From NCBI GenBank assembly GCA_963780185.1, contig CAWABA010000003.1:20860-84859 (forward strand): 64,000 bases of DNA, written 5' to 3'. The notes below the pieces were generated by a model. It saw only the letters and a list, made by a program, of their open reading frames with translations. It had not been told where the DNA came from and searched no databases. A program made the position numbers and the translations under genes. Source of the stretch: Candidatus Bathyarchaeota archaeon (lineage in GTDB: Archaea > Thermoproteota > Bathyarchaeia > Bathyarchaeales > Bathycorpusculaceae). Below are positions 20,206 to 31,094 of the stretch, in pieces (positions within the stretch are counted from its first letter, which is position 1; each line of letters opens with the position of its first letter).

Positions 20206-20568
20206 ATGAGGGGACAGGACTATTTTGCCGATGCATTAGGAATCCAGCTGGTTGAAGCCAGAGACGGCTACTCAAAAGTGACTATGAAAGTTGAGAAAAC
20301 TCATACCAACGCGTTGGGCTTCACGCATGGCGGCGCAATCTTCTCGTTGGCAGACTACGCCTTCGCACACGCATGCAACTACGGGGACAACGTTGCAGTC
20401 GCAGTCCAAGTAAGCATCAACTTTTTGAAGCCGTCGGTTGAAGGCGACGTTCTGGTGGCTGAGGCAGAGCGGGTTTCAGATGGAAAAACCACGGGTTTGT
20501 ATCAGGTGACAGTGAAGAGCGGGGAGAAGATGGTGGCTTTCTTTACTGGTTTAGCGTTTAAGAAATAA
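20206..20568 (+). CDS. paaI: PaaI-family hotdog thioesterase
   Basis: NALGFTHGGAIFSLAD, SINFLKP. Confidence 0.88.
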   Translation: MRGQDYFADALGIQLVEARDGYSKVTMKVEKTHTNALGFTHGGAIFSLADYAFAHACNYGDNVAVAVQVSINFLKPSVEGDVLVAEAERVSDGKTTGLYQVTVKSGEKMVAFFTGLAFKK

Positions 20569-20614
20569 CCTGTTCTAAAATGATTGATGACTGTTCTAAA
20601 ATGTAGAGCTAATA

Positions 20615-21214
20615 GTGGCTCGGCAATCTTTCAATTTCATGAACCCACAGAAGCTCGCCGTCGGGATAATCCTCATAGTTGTCGTTTCAGCTTTTACGCT
20701 GGCTTTTCTTTATGGCGATATGAACAAAAATCACAGCCTAAACACCGATGAAGTTGCAGGCAATCTACAAACCGATGCTTCATGGGTTAGAAGCCTCAAC
20801 CAAATGCTCAGCAAAACCGTTCCCTACCCCAACGGCACCGAAAGCAGCAACCCCAACGTTTTGCTTTCATATTGCAGAACATACCTTTACGAAAACGGTT
20901 CCTCAGAGCTGCTAGAATTCGGCGACGCCCACAACAACTCCACAAACCCAATCAGCACAACGCTAAACGGATTCTTGGTGAAAGCCAACGTACAGTTGAA
21001 CGGTTCCTTGACGAGCCAATTCGTCAGCAACGTTCTGGCAAACGACAAGGTGGTGGCAATCGTCTATCGGTATTCAACATTGCAATTCGGTGGGCAGCAG
21101 AGATTCTACATTGGCTATTTCGTGTTGCAGGATAATTTAAATCAAGGTTTAGCGGGAACAATCATAACCTTGGATGTCAACCAGACCTACAGCCTCTGGG
21201 CAATACCCAAATAG
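20615..21214 (+). CDS. Hypothetical membrane-anchored protein
   Basis: N-terminal TM; 199-aa ORF. Confidence 0.6.
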   Translation: MARQSFNFMNPQKLAVGIILIVVVSAFTLAFLYGDMNKNHSLNTDEVAGNLQTDASWVRSLNQMLSKTVPYPNGTESSNPNVLLSYCRTYLYENGSSELLEFGDAHNNSTNPISTTLNGFLVKANVQLNGSLTSQFVSNVLANDKVVAIVYRYSTLQFGGQQRFYIGYFVLQDNLNQGLAGTIITLDVNQTYSLWAIPK

Positions 21215-21411
21215 CGCAACGGCTGCAAAAACAAGCAAGCCCAGTATCAGCTTTGGCCAGTCGCTTAAACTCACCTCCTCAGCGGTTGATTTCAAACACC
21301 GTTTTTTTTCTCTGGCAGCCGCGTGGAATTTGGTTTGCGGTTAATTGCCTTTTTGAAGTTTTGAGGTGTAAACGGTAACGCTTTTACGTTGAAGTGGCGC
21401 ATTATAGCGCT

Positions 21412-22086
21412 ATGAGCCCTGCCAAGAAAGCTCCTCCGCCAAAAAAGCGTCGGCAAACCCGAACGTGGGTAACCGTCGTTTCCGTCGCGCTTATTGCTGT
21501 AACGGTGCTGGCTGCCGTGCATTTTTGGCCTGCCGCAAGCAACAAGGCTTCCGCAGACAACCAATCGAACTCCGCAAACCTCGACCCAGCTTTCGTGGCT
21601 TTCACAAATCATTATCTTGCGGTAATGCAGAGTTTGAATTCAAGCTCGACAGAAGCCAAGATGCTGCCTATGCTTAACCGTGGCGACAATCAAACTCAGC
21701 TTTTCAGTTGGGAAGGCGGCAAGCTGACGTTTGCTAATGATCCAACAGGTTTTTTTGAGGACCCTCTCCAGATTCTGAACAGGGGCGAAGGCATCTGTGT
21801 GCAGTGGAGCATCGTTTACGTTTCGGCTTGTTTGGCGCTTGGGTACCAGAGTAGGCTTGTTGTGGCGGTTGACACGCAGGGTTGGAGCTATATTCATGTC
21901 TGGGCTGAAGACTACTACCACGGAGCATGGGTTCATGTCGACCCCTCGGACAAGGTTTGGAATTCTCCTCACAGGTACCTGGGCCCAAGCTGGGATTGGG
22001 GACAATTCATCGGGTCAACCGTGAAAGTCTACGCTTTCGAAGACAACAAATACCAAGACGTGACATCCACCTACAGCGCCCATTAA
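21412..22086 (+). CDS. Transglutaminase-like (Cys-His-Asp) exported protein
   Basis: GICVQWS, HVWAE, WVHVDPS; N-terminal TM. Confidence 0.85.
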   Translation: MSPAKKAPPPKKRRQTRTWVTVVSVALIAVTVLAAVHFWPAASNKASADNQSNSANLDPAFVAFTNHYLAVMQSLNSSSTEAKMLPMLNRGDNQTQLFSWEGGKLTFANDPTGFFEDPLQILNRGEGICVQWSIVYVSACLALGYQSRLVVAVDTQGWSYIHVWAEDYYHGAWVHVDPSDKVWNSPHRYLGPSWDWGQFIGSTVKVYAFEDNKYQDVTSTYSAH

Positions 22087-22209
22087 AAAGAACACCGAGT
22101 GAAACGGTCGAAAAATGCCGCGCGGGGGACAGCAATTTCTTAAAATAAGCGTCTGAGCACAGAATACGTTAAGACACAAGTTAATTCAAAAATTGAACGG
22201 AACCGTAAA

Positions 22210-23217
22210 ATGTTTACTATAACTCGACTCAGGAAATACGAAGGTGGCCAATGGCGCTCAGACAATTTAGAGAGTTTGCCAGCCCAAATCGAGGAAGACT
22301 CAATTCTTTGGGTTGACGCAGAAAATCCTTCGGAAGCTGAAATGGACCAGCTCAAAAAACATTTTGAATTGGAGAATTTCAGCCTGAAGGATTTTGAAGA
22401 GGAAGGACGACGCTCAAGGATTGAAGAGGTTGAGGATCGAGTTTCCTGTTTTGTGAGTTATCCAAGCAGCGACCAGTTTATCCCAGATGCAAAGCCAAAA
22501 TGGGTTGCCTTGACCATAAGTAGCCGATGGATGGTTTCCGTTCACGAGGGCCATTCTGACATCACGTGTGAAATCTACAAGAAAATCAGCACTCACGGCT
22601 ACTTTGCCCTCTCCCTTCAACCATCCACCGATATTCTGCTGTACATCTTTTTGGATCTGATTATGAACGAGTGCTTCCTGTGTTCAGATTTGGCTCATGA
22701 AAAACTTCAGCTTTTAAGCCAAGAAGCCGCAAAGGGTTTTAGGCAGAGACCAAAGGACCAAAACAGGAACATCGGATTGGAAATTGCCAAGTCAAGAGAA
22801 CTGGTCTTAGCCCTTAGGCAGGCCATTGGACCCCTCCGTGAGGTTGTGGGAAAAACGGCAAGAGGGGAATTCGCTATAGTTTCAAGTGCTACGCTGCCCC
22901 GTTTTGAAGACCTCTACGACAGGACAATATCGCTTATAGACGTTGTTGACACACACCGAGAAGAAATCCAGGACATCGTCGACATCGTCATTAACGCTCA
23001 AACATTAACTACTAACAACATAATCAGGGTGCTAACCATCATTTCAGCAATTTTCCTGCCGCTCACGTTGATAGCTGGCATTTACGGGACAGACTTCGGA
23101 CGCGGATTCACAGTGCCAGGTTCCAACTACTCTTACGGCTTCTACATCATGGTTGCTGTAATGATAGGAATTGCAGTGGGGCTCATCTCCGTTTTCCGAA
23201 GAAAAGGCTGGCTTTAA
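22210..23217 (+). CDS. corA: CorA-family Mg2+/Co2+ transporter (variant signature)
   Basis: WVDAENP, NNIIRVLTIISAIFLPLTLIAGIYGTDF (GMN appears as GTD), FRRKGWL. Confidence 0.85.
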   Translation: MFTITRLRKYEGGQWRSDNLESLPAQIEEDSILWVDAENPSEAEMDQLKKHFELENFSLKDFEEEGRRSRIEEVEDRVSCFVSYPSSDQFIPDAKPKWVALTISSRWMVSVHEGHSDITCEIYKKISTHGYFALSLQPSTDILLYIFLDLIMNECFLCSDLAHEKLQLLSQEAAKGFRQRPKDQNRNIGLEIAKSRELVLALRQAIGPLREVVGKTARGEFAIVSSATLPRFEDLYDRTISLIDVVDTHREEIQDIVDIVINAQTLTTNNIIRVLTIISAIFLPLTLIAGIYGTDFGRGFTVPGSNYSYGFYIMVAVMIGIAVGLISVFRRKGWL

Positions 23218-23296
23218 AAAAAGACCAAGTCGCAAGGCAAATGGAAAGGTCAAGAAAAACCCAGCGGCATTCCAAGCGTCGACAATTTTTTCTCTT

Positions 23297-24001
23297 TTAA
23301 AGCCCCAGATAAACCTGTTTTATGTGGCTGTTAGAAAGAAGTTCTCGGCTTTTTCCTTCCAGAACGATTCTTCCTTCCTCAAGAACGTAGCCTCTGTCCG
23401 CGATTTCCAGTGAATCTTGGATGTTTTGTTCAACAAGCAGAATGGTTACGCCTTCATCGTTGATTGTGCGGATAGTGTCCAGCACCTTTTCCACAATGAT
23501 TGGCGCCAACCCCAGTGAAGGCTCATCCAGAATCAGCATCTGAGGGTTACACATTAGGCTTCGGCAAATAACAAGCATTTGCTGTTCTCCGCCGCTGAGT
23601 GTTTGAGCTAACGATTTTTCTTTCTTCTTCAAGACAGGAAAAATCTGAAAGACCTTCTCCATGGTGTCGCTGATTTTACCTTTGTCTTTGGTCGTGTAGG
23701 CGCCGAGCCGCATGTTTTCTTCAACGGTCATGCGGGGAAAAATTTCTCTGCCTTCAGGAATCATCGTGATTCCCTTCTTAACTATGTCGTACGTGTGCAG
23801 TTTCGCTATGTTTTCGCCTTTGAACATGACTGCGCCGTTTTTTGGCGGGATGAAGCCCATTATTGTTTTTACAAGCGTTGTTTTTCCTGCGCCGTTGGGG
23901 CCGATGATGCTGACGATTTCTTTTTCATCAACTTTAAAGTTGACGTCGTAGAGTATCTGCACCATTCCGTAAGCTGAAGACAAATTCTGGGTTTCTAACA
24001 C
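23297..24001 (-). CDS. livF: Branched-chain amino acid-type ABC ATPase
   Basis: GPNGAGKTT, LSGGEQQM, LDEPSLGLAP. Confidence 0.9.
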   Translation of the reverse strand: MLETQNLSSAYGMVQILYDVNFKVDEKEIVSIIGPNGAGKTTLVKTIMGFIPPKNGAVMFKGENIAKLHTYDIVKKGITMIPEGREIFPRMTVEENMRLGAYTTKDKGKISDTMEKVFQIFPVLKKKEKSLAQTLSGGEQQMLVICRSLMCNPQMLILDEPSLGLAPIIVEKVLDTIRTINDEGVTILLVEQNIQDSLEIADRGYVLEEGRIVLEGKSRELLSNSHIKQVYLGL

Positions 24002-24003
24002 TT

Positions 24004-24741
24004 TTAATCCTCGCCAAACTGGTACTTCTTGCCTAAGTAAACCTTGACAACGTTGTCGTCGCTGCATACTTGCTGGGGGGTTCCTTCACAGATTTTTTCG
24101 CCATGATGCAGCACAATTACGCGGTCACACAGCCCCATCACTACCCGCATAACATGTTCAACGATGAGAACCGTTACCCCCTGCTTGTTGATCTGCTTTA
24201 TCAGCGCCGTCGCCTCGTCGGATTCCGCCGGGGTTAAGCCTGTAAGCAGTTCATCCAGGAGAAGAAGTTTTGGGTTTGTCGCCAAAGCTTTCGCAAGTTG
24301 AATGCGCCGCAGCTCCACCACATTGAGGTTTTTTGCTTTAACATCAAACTTGTCTTTGCCTAAATCAACAAAAACCAAAAGTTCCTCAGCTTTCAGCCTC
24401 ATGTCGGTTTTTTTCTCGGCTTTTTTCTCGTTGAAAAGTACGCTGGTTAAGACGTTTTCAACGGCAGTCATTTCTGGGAATGATTGGACGGTTTGGGCTG
24501 TTTTGGTGATGCCTTTGGCGCAGATTTTGTATGGTGGAAGCTTTGAGATGTCTTCGTTTAGAAACAGGATTTGTCCCGAGTCGGGTTTGTAGACGCCGCT
24601 GATAAGGTTTAGCAGCGTTGATTTGCCTGAGCCGTTAGGTCCGACAAGCCCCGTGATTTCGCCGCTGTTCACTGTGAAATCCACGTTTTTTAATGCTTGA
24701 AGCCCCCCGAAACGTTTTGAGACTTCGGTACACCTTAGCAA
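24004..24741 (-). CDS. livG: Branched-chain amino acid-type ABC ATPase
   Basis: FGGLQAL, GPNGSGKST, LLLDE, IVEHVM, VYLG. Confidence 0.9.
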   Translation of the reverse strand: MLRCTEVSKRFGGLQALKNVDFTVNSGEITGLVGPNGSGKSTLLNLISGVYKPDSGQILFLNEDISKLPPYKICAKGITKTAQTVQSFPEMTAVENVLTSVLFNEKKAEKKTDMRLKAEELLVFVDLGKDKFDVKAKNLNVVELRRIQLAKALATNPKLLLLDELLTGLTPAESDEATALIKQINKQGVTVLIVEHVMRVVMGLCDRVIVLHHGEKICEGTPQQVCSDDNVVKVYLGKKYQFGED

Positions 24742-24906
24742 ATTTAGCGTCTCCGATTAGCATGGAATAATCAAGTTGGAAATATAAGGTTTGGTAAAAA
24801 CGAAGATTGCCCCCGAATGCCGCTTCATTCAGATGTTTTGCTGTGTGGGTGGGGAGTTTGGTTAAAGTTAAATATTATTTGCGTCTATTGGGTATCGGTG
24901 TAGCGT

Positions 24907-25353
24907 GTGCCTATAACTCAAGTAAGCGTTTTCTTGGATAATCATCCAGGGTCTCTTTTTGATGTGATGTCGCAGCTTGACAAAAACAAAGTCAAAGTTT
25001 TCGCCTTGTCAATTGCCGACGCAGGCGAGTTCGGCTTAGTAAGATTGGTGACCGAAGACCCAGCTAAGGCAGCGAAGTTGTTGGAGGACGCCGAATTTAA
25101 CCTTGCCAAATCCAAAAAGAACACGGAGGTAACAGCAGTTTTCATGTCGGAGAAAGATACGCTGTCGAAAATAACCAAAATTCTGGGCGACGGAAGCTTC
25201 AACATAGAATATGCCTATTCTTCAGCGGTGCACGTGGGCGGAAAAATCGCTTTGATAATGCGCACCAGCAACGTTGAAAAAACGGAGCAGGTGCTGACTG
25301 AGAACGGCGTTTCAGTTCTGTCGCTGGAAGAAATCAAAAAGTATTTCCAGTGA
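24907..25353 (+). CDS. Tandem ACT-domain protein (type usually found beside paaK)
   Basis: QVSVFLDNHPGSL, SIADAGEFGLVRL, NIEYAY. Confidence 0.85.
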   Translation: MPITQVSVFLDNHPGSLFDVMSQLDKNKVKVFALSIADAGEFGLVRLVTEDPAKAAKLLEDAEFNLAKSKKNTEVTAVFMSEKDTLSKITKILGDGSFNIEYAYSSAVHVGGKIALIMRTSNVEKTEQVLTENGVSVLSLEEIKKYFQ

Positions 25354-25409
25354 AAACGGCTAACCTCAAAATAAAAACTGTGGATGGCTCAGGTAGTCGC
25401 TTGGTTTTT

Positions 25410-26474
25410 TTAGGAAACCAGGTATTTGTAGAATTTGCGGAATAGCGATTCTAACCCTTTGGGGCTGAAAACGACAATCACGATCAGAATTACACCTATG
25501 AACACGTAAGTCAGGGGCGGTCCAACGTACCCGACTTTGGGGAAGAAGGGTCCCAACGTATTGCTCAACCCTTGGGTGACGGACTGTGTTGTGAGGATTT
25601 GCATTATGGACGTTAAGAAGATTGAGCCGATTATGGGTCCGCTTACGGTGCCTAAGCCGCCGATGACCGTCATTATAAGCGGCAAAAACGAGTTTTCAGG
25701 CGAGAAAATAGAGTTCTGCACGTACCCAATGAAGTAAACGTATAATCCTCCAGCGATGCCCGCGAAGAATGTGCTGATTGTAAATGCCATAAGCTTGTAT
25801 TTTGCGGTGTTGATGCCGATCATTTTGGCTTCGGCTTCGTTGCCGTGTATAGCTCGGAAAGCTAGGCCCATCCGAGACTTCATTATGCCGTACATTACTC
25901 CGACGGATACTACGGTGAATGAAATGACCAAGATGTAAAAAGGAAAGCCGGTGGGCACAAACGTCACGGGCGGGAACCCGTTTGTCCCTTTGGTGAAGGA
26001 GTCAAATTGGCTTGAAAGCGCATCCGCTATGACTGAAAAACCAAATGTCACCATAGCCAAGTACCAAGCTTTCAGTCGAACGCATGCCAAACCAATCAGC
26101 AAGCCGATGCCTGCTGAAAGCAAACCGCCGAGAAGAAGGACAAAAATCTGCAACGTAACCGACAAAGCTCCGATCGGAAGCGCTTCGAGCTTCAAGGCTG
26201 TAATTATAATCAGGGAGAGTCTTGAGCCGATGATGGCTGACGCGAAGCCTCCGATTCCTAAGAAAACAGCGTGGCCAAGGGAACCTTGTCCTGAATTTGC
26301 AAGGAAATTCCAGCTTGCCGCGTAGAGGGCATAGATAAAAATCAATGTGAAAACGAACAAAAAGAAGCTGCTTCGCACCAAGACAGGAATCAACGCTAAA
26401 ATAGCAAACGAAGCTGCCAAAACGAGGAAGCCCTTCGAATGCACGAATGCGGCGAGTTTCTGTGTGTTAAGCAT
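25410..26474 (-). CDS. livM: BCAA-type ABC permease
   Basis: SLGHAVFLGIG, YLAMVTFGF, IGGLGTVSGPIIG. Confidence 0.88.
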   Translation of the reverse strand: MLNTQKLAAFVHSKGFLVLAASFAILALIPVLVRSSFFLFVFTLIFIYALYAASWNFLANSGQGSLGHAVFLGIGGFASAIIGSRLSLIIITALKLEALPIGALSVTLQIFVLLLGGLLSAGIGLLIGLACVRLKAWYLAMVTFGFSVIADALSSQFDSFTKGTNGFPPVTFVPTGFPFYILVISFTVVSVGVMYGIMKSRMGLAFRAIHGNEAEAKMIGINTAKYKLMAFTISTFFAGIAGGLYVYFIGYVQNSIFSPENSFLPLIMTVIGGLGTVSGPIIGSIFLTSIMQILTTQSVTQGLSNTLGPFFPKVGYVGPPLTYVFIGVILIVIVVFSPKGLESLFRKFYKYLVS

Positions 26475-27354
26475 TTTGTTCCCCTTTCTCACCGAATAAC
26501 CCGTTAGGTCTAATGATTAAAACAGCAATCAGTAGGGCAAATGCAACGGCGCTTGACCATGTTCCGCCTAGGAATAAAGCCGCCATCTGCTCCGCGATGC
26601 CGTAGAGCAAACCGCCAACGATTGCGCCTCGGATGCTTCCTAAGCCGCCGAGAATGATGATTGCGAAGGCTATGATAGTCATCATGGCGCCGCTTTGAGT
26701 GTTAAAGGAGAAAATTATGCCGTATAATCCGCCTGCGGCAGCCGCCATCGCTGAACCTAAGGCGAAGGTTATCATGTAAATTCTCTCGGTGTTTATTCCC
26801 ATAAGAGTAGCCGTGCCATTTTGTTGGCTTGTCGCCCTCATCGCCAACCCAATCTTTGTTCTGTAAATTAAGAGTCCGAAAGCAACTAGAATCACGGCGA
26901 CAACAAAAATGGCGATTACACGGTCGTAAGTGATAGAGAAAGCGGGCAAAGCAAAGCTCATTCCAGAGAAGGGACTTGCGATACGTTGCGACTGGTCTCC
27001 CCAAAAAAGCAAGGCAACGTTCTCAAAAATATAGATTAAGCCGAGGCTGACGAAAATCTCGTTCAGCTTGTCACCGCCGAGAACCCTACGGAAAGTGAGA
27101 CGCTCAACGCCCACTCCGAGCACAGCCACCAAAGCCATCGAAACAACAATGGCTTCATAGGCGTTCAAGCCGCTCCAAACTGATATGGTCCATGTTAGGT
27201 AGGCGCCAATCATGAGGAGTTGCCCATGTGCAAAGTTCACGAGTTTCATGACGCCGAAAATTATGTTGAGTCCGCTTGCGAGAAGCATGTAAACGCAGCC
27301 AACCGCGACGCCCCAAAACAGAGTTAGAAGTATTGCTCCCGCGGTTATATCCAT
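26467..27354 (-). CDS. livH: BCAA-type ABC permease
   Basis: GLNIIFGVMKLVNFAHG, GLAMRA, ILGGLGSIRGA, RPNGLFG. Confidence 0.9.
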   Translation of the reverse strand: MDITAGAILLTLFWGVAVGCVYMLLASGLNIIFGVMKLVNFAHGQLLMIGAYLTWTISVWSGLNAYEAIVVSMALVAVLGVGVERLTFRRVLGGDKLNEIFVSLGLIYIFENVALLFWGDQSQRIASPFSGMSFALPAFSITYDRVIAIFVVAVILVAFGLLIYRTKIGLAMRATSQQNGTATLMGINTERIYMITFALGSAMAAAAGGLYGIIFSFNTQSGAMMTIIAFAIIILGGLGSIRGAIVGGLLYGIAEQMAALFLGGTWSSAVAFALLIAVLIIRPNGLFGEKGEQNA

Positions 27355-27471
27355 GTGAAACCCTTTTCCTTTTCTCCCAAAGACGATTGGCTTTTGCTCA
27401 AATAACTGCACTTAGCTATTTAAAATATTTCACATGTAAGGAAAAATAAAAAGAAAAGGTTGAGCGGAAGC

Positions 27472-28845
27472 TTAGCTTCCGGGTTTGTAGCCTTGTGGCA
27501 GAGTAAATGTTGCGGGAGTTACGCCGTGTATTGCTGACGGGGCCCAAACGATCTGCGACTCCAGCTTGCTTGAAGTAGAGTTCCAGATAAGCTGTTCGAT
27601 GAATGTGTTTGCTGCTATTTCATGCCAGTTAACGCCTGAACTGAACTGTATTTTGCCAGTCGATGTCAAGATGTTCATGTCGTTGATGTTGACGTTCTCT
27701 AATGCCGTTCGAACTGAAGCTTTATCGACTGTTCCAGCGCTTTCGATTGCCGCTTTAGCGATGTAGAAGGCGTCGTAGGTGTCAGCGCCCATCATGCCTG
27801 GGTAAACGCCATATTTCGCGTAGAATTTCTGTGTGTAAGACTGCACTGCCGTCGAGTATGAAGGTGTCATGAATGGATCCATCTTTGACTCCATAAGTTG
27901 ACCGTTACCTGTGTCTCCTATCATCGAGTAGAATGCTGGGTCCTGATTGTTTTCGATTGCGATGTAGACCGTTTTCAATCCAACGTCGTTCCATCCTTGC
28001 TGAATTATTAGTGGTGTCTTGTCTGGGTTGTCGACAACTATCACTACATCTGGATGAGCGCTTTGAACCGCGATTAGGTCAGCTTGGTAGTTGGTTTCAG
28101 ATGGGTCGTAGCTTCTTTGGATTACGAGGTTAATCGGCAGGCTTTCATTTTTCACCCAGTATTGAGCGGCTTGGTCAACTCCCTGTCCGAAGGCGTCATT
28201 GCGGTAGAGTACTGCAATGCTGATGTTTCGGTCAGGTGCTACCATGGGCTTCATTTGTGTGGCAAAGAAGTCAACTATGGTTTTAGTGTATTGATAGGTA
28301 GTTGTGCAATAATGGAATACATAGCTCATTTGATCTGAATCTGCTATTCGGGTGGTGTCGCCTGGAGCAAGACCGCCGAAGTCTCCCTGGGGTCCCCTTC
28401 TGGTGACAAGCTGGTTTGAGGCGCCGGTTATTATGAAGGGAATTTTGTTGGAGGTAGCTACTGTTTCGTCGGCGAGGGTTCCTGCGCTTCCGTATCCACC
28501 GATGTACATGTCGACGGAGTTTGTGGATTGAAACGTGGTCATGGCGGTTTTCGCATTGGCTGGAGAGTCATCAATTGTGTCCACCGTTGACAAAGTGATG
28601 TTTACGTGGGCGTGCCAACCTGAAACGTAGACGCCGCCGGCTTTGTTAATTTCGTTCACGGCGAGTTCTGCTGCCCTCTGCATGTCTTCTCCGACAGGCG
28701 ACTTCGATACCGGAGCGACCAAAGCGATGTTGATGTTCCGCGCGTCAGCTGAAGGTTTTGTGGCTGGTTGAATTAATTCTACTGTTGCAACGATTGATAC
28801 GATTATAATGATGGCTACGACTAATGCCAGTATTTTCTTGTTCAA
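27472..28845 (-). CDS. LivK-type periplasmic binding protein
   Basis: N-terminal TM, AELAVNEINKAGG, GGYGS, NDAFG, YDAFY..KAAIESAG. Confidence 0.87.
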   Translation of the reverse strand: MNKKILALVVAIIIIVSIVATVELIQPATKPSADARNINIALVAPVSKSPVGEDMQRAAELAVNEINKAGGVYVSGWHAHVNITLSTVDTIDDSPANAKTAMTTFQSTNSVDMYIGGYGSAGTLADETVATSNKIPFIITGASNQLVTRRGPQGDFGGLAPGDTTRIADSDQMSYVFHYCTTTYQYTKTIVDFFATQMKPMVAPDRNISIAVLYRNDAFGQGVDQAAQYWVKNESLPINLVIQRSYDPSETNYQADLIAVQSAHPDVVIVVDNPDKTPLIIQQGWNDVGLKTVYIAIENNQDPAFYSMIGDTGNGQLMESKMDPFMTPSYSTAVQSYTQKFYAKYGVYPGMMGADTYDAFYIAKAAIESAGTVDKASVRTALENVNINDMNILTSTGKIQFSSGVNWHEIAANTFIEQLIWNSTSSKLESQIVWAPSAIHGVTPATFTLPQGYKPGS

Positions 28846-28991
28846 ATTTTTTCCTCTCTCTTTTTTGTAACCAATATCAATGAGAACTGCTAATAAAACT
28901 AACTCAAAAACAACCATCTATAGACTGGAAACCAAAACAAAAATGGCTTTAAAACTCGAATCTGAGGCGTTTTCCACTCTTTAGCAGGTTT

Positions 28992-29700
28992 TTAGTTTAG
29001 TTTGAAATAGATGCGCCTGTTACTTTTTCCCTTGTTTTCGGTTTTCAAAAGCTCAACTTGACCGACTTCCCGCAGGTTCTTCACATGCGTTCCCCCGTCC
29101 GCCTGTCTGTCAACACCGACGATTTCCACGATTCTCAGCGAAGGCAAATCTGGCGGGAACGCGCCAGCCATCTTGACAACGCCAGGGATTTTCATGGCTT
29201 CTTCGCGGGGCAACTCGTACCATTTCACAGCGACGTCGGTGCCGAAAAGCCTGTTAGCCTTCGCCAAATACGTTTCCAAGACTCGGCGATCAAACGTTTC
29301 CAAGTTGAAGTCAAACCGAATATGGTCTACGTCAAGCTGGTTGCCCGTGATAAGTGCGCCCGTGCCTTGATTAAGCAGCGAAGCGACAACGTGGGCGGCG
29401 GTGTGACTACGCATAAGCTTGTATCGTCTATCCCAGTCCAAAACCAGATGAACTTTGTCGCCTGTTTGGAGTCCGGCGTGGTCAACTTCATGGGAAATTT
29501 CGCCTGAAAACTTGCCTACATACACCACGTTGTAAACGTCGGAGCCTTTGATTATTTTGCCCGTATCATACGGTTGTCCCCCGCCTTTAGCGTAAAAGAT
29601 TGTTTGGTCTAAAACAACGAATTTGCCCTCTTTAACTGCAACCACCTTTGCATCGGATTCTTTTAGGTAACTGTCAACCAAGATATAACGCTTTAGTCAT
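28992..29700 (-). CDS. alaX: Alanyl-tRNA editing protein AlaX-M (1-bp indel near the 5' end)
   Basis: DQTIFYAKGGGQPYDTG, MRSHTAAH, DGGTHV; ATG at 29700 reads MTKALYL out of frame with VDSY. Confidence 0.9.
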
Positions 29701-29812
29701 GGCCCCCGACTACCGTTAAGCCGTCTATGCGCTAAAAAGCGTATATCAATTTTGCGCATTTAAAAGAAAAATCAAAATACCACTTACCCAGACAGTAACC
29801 TGTTGAATGCCA

Positions 29813-31079
29813 ATGCAGCTGACGAAGAGCAGAAAAAACCTCACTGACCCATACTTCTTAGTTCTATGCGTCATGGGAGCCTTCGCCATCTTAAGCTCCA
29901 CCATGTCAAAAGACCCCGTGCTGCAACCTTTTTCGCTCATAAACTCAATACACCCGCACGACTTCACCGGGATCATCGCAGCCGCCTCCACCATTCCGGG
30001 AATCCTCGATCAGTTTGCCAGCCGCTTCATTATCAGACCATTTCGGAAGAAGAAAAATCGTCCTACTCTGCAACATTCATCTTCGCATCGGCGCCTTTCC
30101 TCTATTTACTGTGTTACGGCTGTGGTGGCAGCTTGCACTCGTGAGGTTTTACCACGGCTTTGCAACCGCGATTTTCGTGCCTGTTGCAGAAGCCACGATT
30201 GCGGAGCAGTTCCCGGCAAAAAAAGGCAGACGCATCTCCGATTTCAACGCTGCGACCTACGTTGGAAGGGGACTTGCACCAGCGCTGGGCGGCTACATTT
30301 TACTCTTAACGAATCAAGGCATGGCAACCCCGAGCAACTTTGCAACTTTGTACATAGCTGTCGGCGTGTCAGGCATTGTCGCGTTTGCAATTGCGCTTCT
30401 TTTGCTTCGGGAAACAAAAACCGCGCCCGCTGAATCGACGAAGGCGCCGTTTTCAACTCGGAAACTGTTGAGGGGTTGGCTTGAGGTTGCAACAAACAAG
30501 GGCACGTTAGTTGTTACATTTGTTCAGTCCGTGCAGTACTACGTTTTCGGCGTCGTAGAATTCTATTATGTGCTGTACATGCAGCAGGTTGCAGGTTTCA
30601 ACTCGTTTGCGATAGGCATCGTCATGACCGTGCAGATCGTCTCCTTGATAGTGTCTAGACCCGTAATGGGGCGCTTTTCAGATAGAACCAGCCGACGCAT
30701 ACCCGTTGTCATAGGATGCCTCCTAAGCGGAGCACTCCTGTTCATAATTCCATTCACCACGCAATACTGGGTGTTCATTCTGGTCTCTATTGGCTACGGC
30801 CTAGGCTTCGCCATGGTAATTTCGTCAACCTCGCCAATCATGGTTGAGGTTAACCGTGCAAGCTTCGTTGGCACTTCAATGGGTTTCTTGAGCACCATGA
30901 TGGACATTGGGCAAGCCATTGGACCCATAATAAGCGGCGTAATCTTAGCGTCAATCCTTGGCTACAACGGGCTCTTTACATCGTTGACGTTGCTACTTGC
31001 TGCTTCAGCCGCCGTCTTTTTCGTATCAGGCATAGCCAAAACAAGAGAAAACAAAGAAAAAGTTGCTGTAGCCCACTGA
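29813..31079 (+). CDS. MFS transporter (frameshifts in the 5' part)
   Basis: SDHFGRRK and GRFSDRTSRR motif-A, DIGQAIGPIISG; N-terminus in the overlapping ORF at 29807. Confidence 0.82.
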
Positions 31080-31094
31080 ACAAATGTTTTTCAA

